DNA of 64,000 nucleotides from an uncultured Roseobacter sp. (GTDB lineage Bacteria; Pseudomonadota; Alphaproteobacteria; Rhodobacterales; Rhodobacteraceae): NCBI RefSeq assembly GCF_947491795.1, contig NZ_CANLKW010000007.1, positions 1,915 to 65,914 of the forward strand, read 5' to 3'. Shown piece by piece: positions 30,967 to 39,212 of this stretch (position 1 is its first letter; each line of letters starts with the position of its first letter). The notes under the pieces were generated by a model. It saw only the letters and a program-made list of their open reading frames with translations, ran no database searches and was not told where the DNA came from. The position numbers and the translations under genes were made by a program.

Positions 30967-30982
30967 GTTAATATTTGATTAA
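30967..30982 (-). promoter_or_regulatory. Perfect CtrA box between response regulator and phytochrome
   Basis: GTTAAtatttgaTTAA (= TTAA-N7-TTAAC on minus strand) plus GTTAAC half-site at 30958-30963. Confidence 0.65.
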
Positions 30983-31029
30983 ATTTAATTGGGGAAATGC
31001 GTTTGAAATCAGATTTTCGAGGTAGCAGA

Positions 31030-33570
31030 ATGTCAGACCGGCTTGATGAGGCTCAGATACAGGCTGCACTTGCAAGCTGCGCAGCTGAACCAGTACATAT
31101 TCCAGGCGCTATTCAACCGCACGGTGCGATGGTGGCTGTCGGATCAACCAGTCAAGAAATTCTTTATGCAAGTCAAAATACGGAAGACCTGCTTGGTTGC
31201 AAGTTGCAGGAGTTGTTGGGCAAAACCCTGGATCAGGTCTTTGACCGCACCACGAATCACTCGCTTCTGAATGGCATGTTACGTGAGGAAATTGGCCAAT
31301 TCACTAACGATCTCGGCGTTGTTGTGATCGGCGATGCGGTACTTGCAGTAACTTCCTGCGCTTCGGGCGATTGCACAATCTTCGAGTTCGAACCAGCATC
31401 TGAAGTGCCCCCACCTGATGCGAGAACGGTGCGAGATCTCGAATTCCTGCTTGCCCAGACGCGATCTGCAACGACCACCCAAGAGCTTTTCACGAACAGT
31501 ACGATGCTATTGCAGATGCTTACCGGATACGACCGTGTTATGGTCTACCAGTTTGACGCGGAAGGAAACGGTCAAGTCAAAGGCGAGGCTTTAGTCACCG
31601 GTCTGGAGCCCTATCTGGGCCTCAACTATCCCGCCTGGGACATTCCGGCACAAGCCCGGCGGATAATGCTCAAAACGCCGATGCGCTACATAGCCGATGT
31701 CGATGCGCAGCCGGTTCCAATACAGGCTATTGAAGCAAACCTGCCGGACCTTGACATGACATACGCCCATTTACGTGGCGGCTCCAAAATCCATTTTGAG
31801 TATCTGCGCAACATGGGGACGAGAGCAACATTAACGCTCAATATCAAGCTGCATGACGACCTCTGGGGTATGATTTCCTTCCATCATGCCTCGTCGCGAA
31901 TTCCGGATCAGCGTACTCGTCAGTTGTGCCGGACCTTTGCGGAAGTCTTCGCTTTGCAAGTCGATCTGCTGAGACAGAAGTTTCATCACCAGCAACTCGC
32001 ACAAGCCGATGATCTTCGGCGCCGCATCAGCGAAAAATCCACTGAAATTTCTTCCGACAAGTTGTTCGAAGAAGCACTGCTCAAAGAGCTGCAAATTGCA
32101 ATGGGTGCGGATGGCGCGGCGCTCTTGCACAAGAATTTTCTGCTTCAATCGGGTGACGTGCCACCAAAGGGCAGTCTTCTGGAAATCCTAACAACCGAAG
32201 GTTTCGACGTGGGTGTGGTGGCAACTTCCAAACTCGCAAAAGAATTACCCGCGCTGTCTGAAGCATCAGGACCCAAGTTCGCAGGACTTCTTCTGTCAAG
32301 GCTTTCCAACGACTGTGCGTTTGTCTTCTTCCGGAAAGACCGCGCAACAACTGTCACATGGGCGGGCAGGCCAGAAAAAGAAATCGTGGTCGAGAACGGT
32401 CAGGCTAGACTACACCCTCGGGGGTCTTTCGCGGCTTTCGTGCAGAAAGTGCAGGGCACTGCGGAACCATGGTCTATTGAACAAAGGAAGCTTGCTGAGG
32501 ATCTCTGGTCCATGTTTGTTTCGGCGGAACGTGAACAGTTGATCAAGCAAGCAAACCGCCAGCAGTCAATAATGATTGACGAGTTGAACCACCGCGTGCG
32601 CAATATCCTCGCGCTGATCCGCTCTTTGTCTCATCAATCGCTGGAACATAATGGATCAATCGAAAGTTACGTCCGCGCCCTCGAAGCGCGCATCGCTGCC
32701 GTCGCCGCAGCGCACGATCTTGGAGTGGACAAGTCGAGCAACGTCGCATCGATAAAACAAATTCTGCGTATTGAAGCTACTCCCTATTGTCAGGAAGCCA
32801 AGCGCTTCACAATTGAAGGTGACGACATTGGCATCAAATCTGATCTGGCACCCATGTTTGCACTTGCAGTGCACGAACTTACCACTAACGCTGCTAAATA
32901 TGGTAGCTTGTCGAAATCGGGTGGCGAAGTTCGCGTTCAACTTGTGAAGGTACCTGGTGGTTTCGAAATCTTTTGGCAGGAAATAGGCGGACCGGTAGTC
33001 ACTCCACCGCGCAATAAAGGCTTCGGAACTACCTTGATCGAAAAAACGATCCCGTTTGAGATGAACGGGACCGTAGAGGTCAACTTCAAACCTTCAGGAG
33101 TATGTGCTTTGATCCAACTACCTGAAAATGTTTTGTTGGAAGCAGCTTCTGTCCCAGCAGTCACCGTGGACATGGAACCGTTGCATGGCGCCGGCGCAGC
33201 CATACCCCCCGAAGTTTTTACACACAAGTGCCTGTTGGTTGAGGACAACTATGTTGTGTCACTCGACACTTCCCGGGTGTTGAAGCTGGCTGGGTTCACA
33301 ACCGTAGAAACTGCACTGAATGCCAAAGATGCACTCGAGAAACTCGATAGACTTGCGCCGGGAATCGCTGTTCTCGACATTAATCTTTCATCAGGTCGAA
33401 CGTCGGAGGTGGTGGCCAGAGAACTCAAGGCAAGGAGCATTCCCTTCCTATTTGTGACAGGCTATGGTGATACCCAGAAGCTGGATCCCGAGTTTGAAGG
33501 CACTCCAGTACTGAAAAAGCCTCTGAACGAGGCCGACTTGCGTATCGCGCTGGTGGATCTCATCCTGTGA
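31030..33570 (+). CDS. bphP: Bacteriophytochrome, PAS-GAF-PHY-HWE kinase-REC (Agp2-like architecture)
   Basis: CAAEPVHIPGAIQPHG (biliverdin Cys), GYDRVMVYQF, DIP, HFEYLRNMG, RLHPRGSF, ELNHRVRN, WQEIGGP, C-terminal receiver. Confidence 0.94.
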   Translation: MSDRLDEAQIQAALASCAAEPVHIPGAIQPHGAMVAVGSTSQEILYASQNTEDLLGCKLQELLGKTLDQVFDRTTNHSLLNGMLREEIGQFTNDLGVVVIGDAVLAVTSCASGDCTIFEFEPASEVPPPDARTVRDLEFLLAQTRSATTTQELFTNSTMLLQMLTGYDRVMVYQFDAEGNGQVKGEALVTGLEPYLGLNYPAWDIPAQARRIMLKTPMRYIADVDAQPVPIQAIEANLPDLDMTYAHLRGGSKIHFEYLRNMGTRATLTLNIKLHDDLWGMISFHHASSRIPDQRTRQLCRTFAEVFALQVDLLRQKFHHQQLAQADDLRRRISEKSTEISSDKLFEEALLKELQIAMGADGAALLHKNFLLQSGDVPPKGSLLEILTTEGFDVGVVATSKLAKELPALSEASGPKFAGLLLSRLSNDCAFVFFRKDRATTVTWAGRPEKEIVVENGQARLHPRGSFAAFVQKVQGTAEPWSIEQRKLAEDLWSMFVSAEREQLIKQANRQQSIMIDELNHRVRNILALIRSLSHQSLEHNGSIESYVRALEARIAAVAAAHDLGVDKSSNVASIKQILRIEATPYCQEAKRFTIEGDDIGIKSDLAPMFALAVHELTTNAAKYGSLSKSGGEVRVQLVKVPGGFEIFWQEIGGPVVTPPRNKGFGTTLIEKTIPFEMNGTVEVNFKPSGVCALIQLPENVLLEAASVPAVTVDMEPLHGAGAAIPPEVFTHKCLLVEDNYVVSLDTSRVLKLAGFTTVETALNAKDALEKLDRLAPGIAVLDINLSSGRTSEVVARELKARSIPFLFVTGYGDTQKLDPEFEGTPVLKKPLNEADLRIALVDLIL

Positions 33571-33726
33571 GACTCTATCTATAGTAGCTCACTCACGGTG
33601 CGGCGTTGCAACTGACCAAGACAGTGGGATCGGCACACAATGTTAAGGCTTCTTCAAGGTAGCAGCTTGATGGCGAAACCAACGTCCGCTTTCTTGCATG
33701 ATCCGAACTATTCCAACAGAGCGCCT

Positions 33727-33866
33727 ATGGGTTACCCCGGCACAGCCGGCCGGGTGACGCCAGAAGGTAACCCATGGGTTACCTTGTCCAACCAGATAAA
33801 CGCAGCAGGGTAACCCGTGGGTTACCCTTTCTTTTTGGCAATATCATTTTAAATCAGTGGGTTACG
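33727..33866. repeat. Cluster of GGTAACCC.TGGGTTACC palindromes and half-sites
   Basis: Perfect 22-bp palindrome at 33764-33785, near-perfect at 33807-33828, half-sites TGGGTTAC at 33728 and 33858. Confidence 0.85.
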
Positions 33867-33884
33867 CGAAAACACCTGCGCGGA

Positions 33885-34586
33885 TCAGCTGTCGCGGTCC
33901 ATCACAGAGAACTGGGCGGCTTTGGCCCCCATGGTGTCCGCTTCGCTTTCCAGACCCGCATCATCATTGACCGGCGCGCCGCCCACTTCGGTGGTCGGTT
34001 TCACGCGGCCCTGCTTTTGCTGGGCCACATGCCAGGCCTCGTGGCCCAGGTGTTTTTCCTGGCCCGGACCGAGGTGAATATCGGTGCCCTGGGCATAGGC
34101 ATGGGCCTGCAGCGCGGCGGGTTTGGCAGAGTTGTAATGCACTTTGACATCATCCATCGCCACACCCGAGAGGCTCTCCACACCGGACTTCAAACCGGCC
34201 GGCATCCCGCCGTCCATCGCCTTGCCCTGGAGCGCTTCTTCCTCTTCCATCCGCTGGGCGGTGTCGGTGAACTTACCCTGCAGTTCTTCTTCTTCCATCC
34301 GCTGCACAGGGTCAGAGGCGAACTTGCCCTGCAGGGCTTCCTCCTCTTCCATGCACTGCGCGGGGGCGTCGATGAATTTGCCTTGCAGTGCCTCTTCCTC
34401 CATCCGTTGCGCGGGGCCGCGTTCGCGGTTCTGCAGCTGTGCCAGACGGCCCGTTGCACTGCTCTGATCCGCGGTGGCCTGGAGCCCGGCAAGCGCCTGT
34501 TCAGGCGCGGTGTCGCGCGTCTGTGTCGTGGCCCTGGCCGCCGGTGCATTGGCCTGGCTGCGTTCGGATGCGAAAATCTGTGCCAT
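33885..34586 (-). CDS. DUF4157 (eCIS core domain) protein with QRMEEEEALQGK repeats
   Basis: LKSGVESLSG..DVKVHYNS..AHAYAQGTDIHL..HLGHEAWHVAQQKQGRV..LESEAD (HExxH). Confidence 0.92.
   Translation of the reverse strand: MAQIFASERSQANAPAARATTQTRDTAPEQALAGLQATADQSSATGRLAQLQNRERGPAQRMEEEALQGKFIDAPAQCMEEEEALQGKFASDPVQRMEEEELQGKFTDTAQRMEEEEALQGKAMDGGMPAGLKSGVESLSGVAMDDVKVHYNSAKPAALQAHAYAQGTDIHLGPGQEKHLGHEAWHVAQQKQGRVKPTTEVGGAPVNDDAGLESEADTMGAKAAQFSVMDRDS
34225..34415 (-). repeat. Four in-frame 51-54 bp tandem repeats in the DUF4157 gene
   Basis: Encodes (P/T)xQ(R/C)MEEE(E)(A)LQGK x4. Confidence 0.85.
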
Positions 34587-34637
34587 ATCATCTGTCCTTG
34601 CCGGTGGCTTTCTCTCTAGCACGTCCGGATTTAAATT

Positions 34638-35171
34638 TCATCTCTCAGTTGAAATTGTTTCTGCAAGCTCTTCCAGTGCGTCATGGGTTTCCTGCAGCGC
34701 GCGTTCTGCGGCCTCGAAATCGGGCGGGGGGTCGGTGCTCAGCGCGTCCACGAGGGCAGGGGAGAGCACGCCGAGATTTTCCAGCACAAAGCGCACCACG
34801 GCGGGCCCGCTTTTCAGCGCGCTGTCGCCGGGCGGGGCGAGGTGGTTGCAGGTGTAATAAAGCATCTGCTCGTCCTCCATCGCCAGCACCTTACCTGTGG
34901 TCAGGGACATGTTCACGGTGTTGAGCATATTGCGCACCAGCGACCAGGCCCGGTCTGTGACGGCCTGGGCCGGGATCACCACGATCATCTGCCACAGCTC
35001 CAGATCCCCATCTGCCGAGTCGAGCAGATTGATGCGCAGCACCGGCTCGTCCTCAACGCTGAGGCCGGGGAAGGGCACGGCGATATGGTAGGGGTCGGGG
35101 GCGGCATCGATCAGTACCGGGTTCAACCCCGCCAGATCGAGCGCTTCGGCCATTTCCTCGGGCGTTGCCAC
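34638..35171 (-). CDS. Acidic YbjN/CesT-like protein (putative chaperone or immunity protein)
   Basis: Alpha-beta3-alpha-beta2-alpha pattern, MLNTVNMSLTTGKV..MLYY; directly downstream of putative effector. Confidence 0.6.
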   Translation of the reverse strand: MATPEEMAEALDLAGLNPVLIDAAPDPYHIAVPFPGLSVEDEPVLRINLLDSADGDLELWQMIVVIPAQAVTDRAWSLVRNMLNTVNMSLTTGKVLAMEDEQMLYYTCNHLAPPGDSALKSGPAVVRFVLENLGVLSPALVDALSTDPPPDFEAAERALQETHDALEELAETISTER

Positions 35172-35177
35172 AGGCGT

Positions 35178-37685
35178 CTACCTTTCCTTGAGGCTCTTGA
35201 TAATGAGCGCCATTTTGGCCTGCTCCTTGTTAAAGCCCGGCGTGTCGTTGTTGTCGATGCGCTGTGCATCCCGGCGGATGTTGAGCGCGTCAAAAAACCA
35301 TTTCCGCTCGTCCTCGGGCGCGCGCAGGATCTCCATCGCGGCGAAATTATAGCGGAATTCCTTGTTCGCGGTGGTCTTGTCCAGATCATAGCGCCCGCGT
35401 TTCTTTTTACCACCCAGCCGGTCCTGGGTGCGGGTCAGCGCGTGGTTCACGAACTCTTCTCCATCGGCGGTCATGGCGGCTTTTTCCAGGTTGGTTTCCT
35501 TGCCGCCCTTTTTGTCCCGCCGGTGCTGTTTGAATTTGCGGATGCCGATCTGGGTGAGTTTCGCCGCCGTCGAGACCATGCCGATGGCCGCCCCGATACC
35601 GGCCCCCAGACCGCTCACCGACAGCGCGCCCGAGGTGATCGAGGCGGCAGCGTGGATGATGTCGATGATCGCGCGGTGGATCTGTTTCACGAATTTGTCG
35701 CGGGTGACCATAAAGGCCAGATAGAGCGGTTCGCTGAACTGCGCGGTGAGCTTTTTGCCCATCGCTTTGGCCTTGTGCGCGGCGTGGCCGGTGCGGGCCA
35801 GTTTGATGCCCTCGCTGACGAAATCCATGCAGCCCTTGATCAGGCCCAGAACGGGGATGACGGGCACGTTGTTCACCGTGCCGCGCACCGCATCCGTGAC
35901 CGTCCCGACGTTTTCCGAAGCGATCTGACCACCGGCGGCGATCTGTTCATAGAGCTTGCGCACGGCGGAATATGATTTGGCCACACTGTTGGTGGCCCCA
36001 GCGATTTCGTGCACGGAATCAAACAGGTCCTGGCCGTGTTCGCCCAGGGATTTGCTGTCATTTTTGACCGGTTTGGCGCGCTGAAAGATGTTCTTGCACA
36101 TGGTCACGATGTTCTTGACGCTGTCCACGGCCCCCAGCACAACACCCGCCGCATCGCCTGTCAGTTTCATGTCCGTAGAGACGTCGGTACTGTCACTGCT
36201 GAACATGTTAGAGTCGAATTTCTGCCCGTCGCCCTTCATGATGTTGAAGGCCCCGCCGAGGTATTTGCCCAGCATTTCCGTGGTGCCCACGGTGGACAGA
36301 AAGGTCAGCTCGGCAATGGCCTTGCCGCGCTTTGACTTAAGGGATTTGTTTTTCGGATCGGTCTTGAGGCGGCGGTTGCAGTCAGAGACAATGGCAAAGA
36401 GCCGCCCGAGCTCTGCGCCCAGTTTCACGCTCATCACCGCGCTGGCCCCGATGTCGGCGCTGCCCGAGACCTTGTCCATGGCGCCCTGGTTGTCCTCGAT
36501 CGCGCTGTGCAGCCCGCCCATGATCGTCGTTGCCATCTGTTTGGCGGCGGTTTTCTGCGCGCTCTCGCCCTCGGGGATGGTGGTTTTCCAGTAGTCCTCC
36601 AGCCCTTCGTTGCCCTTGCCGCCGGTGCCCTGCATGCCGAGCGCGTTCATTGCCTCGCCCGCCAGATCCATCGATTCGTCAAAGCCCTCGGGCAGGTCGA
36701 AATCCGGCTCTTCGCCGTTCCCCTTGCCCGCGATTGCGCTGTAAAGCCCGATGTCCTCGCGGGTTTTCTGCATCGCGGCCAGCACATGCGGCGCGACGGT
36801 GTGGCCGGTCGCGTTCTGCCGGGCAATCTGTTGTTCGGCGCGCGTATAGTGGCGTTTGTAGCGGGCCATATAGCGGGCCAGAGGGGCCTTTTTCGTGTGG
36901 TTCCGGCGGGTGCGCGCGGCCACGGCCACATTCAGGCGGTCCTCGCCCAGGGCAATCAGGATCGAACAGGCATCCCAGATGGTTGTGACGGGGTCATGCG
37001 CGATATCGATGTCGCGCACCTGCTCGCGCATCTCGGCCAGACCGGCCACCATCTTTTCGGCCACCGGGATTTTGATGTCGCGCGGGGGCACGGCCATGAT
37101 CTGCTGCACCCGCAGGCGGATGCGGTTGTAGACGTCGAAGGAGAAGCTGGTGCGCTGGCCTACATCGGGGCTTTCATCGGGCACCTCGTCCAGCTCGGCC
37201 GTCTTGGCCGCCACCTGGTTCTGCAGCTCGCGGACCTCGCTCATCCGGCGGGAATTGCGCTTTTTACCGGCGTATTTCGTATTTTTGGCGTCGATCCAGG
37301 TGTTGATTTTACCGGCCAGGGCCGCGAGGCGGGCTTTCTGGGTTTTGACATCCATAAAGACCGCAGACTGGTAGAGGATCAGCGCCTCGTCGATGCGCAG
37401 CAGCATGTCCGAGCGTTTCATCCCGGCCTTGGTGCTGCGGGTCCGCCAGACCTCATAGGGGATCACGGCGGCGCGCTGGAGCACGGGCACCGGCGGGCGG
37501 GCAGGGGCCGCGCCCGGTGTGCGCGCCCGGGCCTGCAGGGTTTCGGATTTCTGCCGCCAGGGGCTGAGATCGGCGGCGGTCTGCATCTGTGTCAGACCGT
37601 TTGCGCTGCGGGACAGGCCGTTCGGGCGGGCAGGGGAGGGAGCCACCTGCCGGGGATGTTCCAGCTGCGTGCCGCGTGTCCTCAT
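35178..37685 (-). CDS. Putative eCIS effector/toxin with membrane localization domain and C-terminal hydrophobic helices
   Basis: Disordered N-terminus ending PVLQR, 4-helix-bundle MLD-like segment at aa 74-162, Gly/Ala-rich hydrophobic hairpin near the C-terminus. Confidence 0.72.
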   Translation of the reverse strand: MRTRGTQLEHPRQVAPSPARPNGLSRSANGLTQMQTAADLSPWRQKSETLQARARTPGAAPARPPVPVLQRAAVIPYEVWRTRSTKAGMKRSDMLLRIDEALILYQSAVFMDVKTQKARLAALAGKINTWIDAKNTKYAGKKRNSRRMSEVRELQNQVAAKTAELDEVPDESPDVGQRTSFSFDVYNRIRLRVQQIMAVPPRDIKIPVAEKMVAGLAEMREQVRDIDIAHDPVTTIWDACSILIALGEDRLNVAVAARTRRNHTKKAPLARYMARYKRHYTRAEQQIARQNATGHTVAPHVLAAMQKTREDIGLYSAIAGKGNGEEPDFDLPEGFDESMDLAGEAMNALGMQGTGGKGNEGLEDYWKTTIPEGESAQKTAAKQMATTIMGGLHSAIEDNQGAMDKVSGSADIGASAVMSVKLGAELGRLFAIVSDCNRRLKTDPKNKSLKSKRGKAIAELTFLSTVGTTEMLGKYLGGAFNIMKGDGQKFDSNMFSSDSTDVSTDMKLTGDAAGVVLGAVDSVKNIVTMCKNIFQRAKPVKNDSKSLGEHGQDLFDSVHEIAGATNSVAKSYSAVRKLYEQIAAGGQIASENVGTVTDAVRGTVNNVPVIPVLGLIKGCMDFVSEGIKLARTGHAAHKAKAMGKKLTAQFSEPLYLAFMVTRDKFVKQIHRAIIDIIHAAASITSGALSVSGLGAGIGAAIGMVSTAAKLTQIGIRKFKQHRRDKKGGKETNLEKAAMTADGEEFVNHALTRTQDRLGGKKKRGRYDLDKTTANKEFRYNFAAMEILRAPEDERKWFFDALNIRRDAQRIDNNDTPGFNKEQAKMALIIKSLKER

Positions 37686-37919
37686 CCTGGGGATGCCCCT
37701 GCATTCGGTGGGAGGGAAAACGAAGTGATCACTTCCCGCGAGGCTAGAGGTGACGCTGTGTCAGATCAAGGGCGGTGAAATCAGCCCCGCGCAAAAGTTC
37801 CCGTATGAATTGTTTTCTTGCATATGAGCGGAAACTTGCCTTAGGGTTGTGAGAGTTTCGGTGTTTCTATTTTAAATAGTTGAATCTAAACCATAATTCA
37901 TCGAAAAGAGCGAACACCA

Positions 37920-39212
37920 ATGATCCGCGCCCTGCTTTTGCTCTCTGTGCTTGTCAGCACAGTGACCGGATTTGCCCCTGCCGCACATGCCTGCCCCCAG
38001 TCGCGCCCAGATGGCGATATCGTCGTTGCCCTGCGCGACAATGCAGAGCCCTTTGCCTATTTCGATGCGGGCGGCGCACCGGCTGGGTTTGCCTATGATC
38101 TGTGGCGGCGGGTCGAGCGGTCGCTTTATGTGCTGGATGATGTGGGCCGGGCCGTCGCGCCCGAGGTGACCTTTGTCGCCTGTAATACCATTGACGGGCA
38201 GGAGATCGCGCTGGTGTCGGGGCGAATCGACGTGGTGATCGCCCCGCTGACGATCACTTCGCAGCGGATGGAATCCTATGATTTCTCGCAGCAGTATCTG
38301 TCGTCGGGCCTGGCGCTGGCGCTGCCGCCATCGAATGCCATCGACTTTTCCCAGGCCAAGGACATTGTGGCAGAGACCATTCTGCACCCCACGGTCGCCC
38401 AGGCGGTACTGCTGTTTCTGACGTTCAACCTGGTGATGGCCTTTCTGATCCGCTGGCTGCTTTTTGGCGGTGACAGCGCAACAGAGAGCCGGACCTCCAC
38501 TTGGCTGCGTTCGCTGCTGGAATCGATCATCCGCACCATCGGGCTGCGCGGGGTCGGGGACGGATATTCAACTGCTGTGGCCAAGGTGCTGGAAATCTTC
38601 CTGGCCGTGGTGGGCACGGCGCTGTCGGCGACGCTGCTGGGTGTTCTGACCTCGGCCTTTGTCGGGTCGGTCGGGGCAGAGCAGAAAGTGCCCGCCGCCG
38701 GTCTGACGCAGATGTCGATTGCCACGCTGGACTGTTCCACCGCCCAGGCGCTGCTGCTGACTGAATACGGCAAGCGCAAGGGGGATGTGGAGGCCGGAAC
38801 GGCCGAGGCCGCGGCGCTGGATCTGCGGGTCAGTCAGCTGGTCTGTAACCCCGAGGACCCCGAGCGCGAGGATATCACCGTCGATGACAGCCCGGACCTG
38901 GCGGGATCGGTGCGTCTGGTGAGCAGCTGGCGGCAGGCGGCCAATCTGCTGGTTGAAGGCAAGGTTGATGGTGTGCTGGGCGACTGGATCGCGCTGACCT
39001 ATCTGAGCCGTCAGGACACCTGGGCAGGTCAGATGGCCGTGCTGCCCACGGTGTACCGCAATGAGCCCTATGGCTGGGGTATTTCCAATACGTCTGTGTC
39101 CGAGGATCTGCGCCGCCAGATTGACCGGGCGCTGATCCGCCAGATGCGCAACCGGGACTGGCGCAAGCGGCTGGAGGACGTGCTGGGGACCGGCAGTGTC
39201 AGCCCGAATTGA
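37920..39212 (+). CDS. SBP_bac_3 protein with inserted TM-pore-TM segment (GluR0-like architecture)
   Basis: Signal peptide, GFAYDLW, IDVVIAPLTITSQRMESYDFSQQY, two TM helices, second lobe ending EPYGWG..QIDRAL. Confidence 0.78.
   Translation: MIRALLLLSVLVSTVTGFAPAAHACPQSRPDGDIVVALRDNAEPFAYFDAGGAPAGFAYDLWRRVERSLYVLDDVGRAVAPEVTFVACNTIDGQEIALVSGRIDVVIAPLTITSQRMESYDFSQQYLSSGLALALPPSNAIDFSQAKDIVAETILHPTVAQAVLLFLTFNLVMAFLIRWLLFGGDSATESRTSTWLRSLLESIIRTIGLRGVGDGYSTAVAKVLEIFLAVVGTALSATLLGVLTSAFVGSVGAEQKVPAAGLTQMSIATLDCSTAQALLLTEYGKRKGDVEAGTAEAAALDLRVSQLVCNPEDPEREDITVDDSPDLAGSVRLVSSWRQAANLLVEGKVDGVLGDWIALTYLSRQDTWAGQMAVLPTVYRNEPYGWGISNTSVSEDLRRQIDRALIRQMRNRDWRKRLEDVLGTGSVSPN

Noticed and set aside
33727..34415. 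Possible CRISPR array (spaced palindromes; 51-54 bp repeats)
   Set aside because: Only two full palindromes with unequal flanks; the second repeat set is in-frame protein coding; no cas genes
33774..37778. Plus-strand ORFs 33774-34619, 34683-35975 and 36507-37778
   Set aside because: Antisense to the DUF4157, chaperone-like and effector genes, which have coherent motifs and operon spacing
37795..37837. Imperfect inverted repeat AAGTTCCCG..CGGAAACTT in the divergent effector/SBP promoter region
   Set aside because: Short, mismatched, single occurrence; cannot be told apart from chance without comparative data
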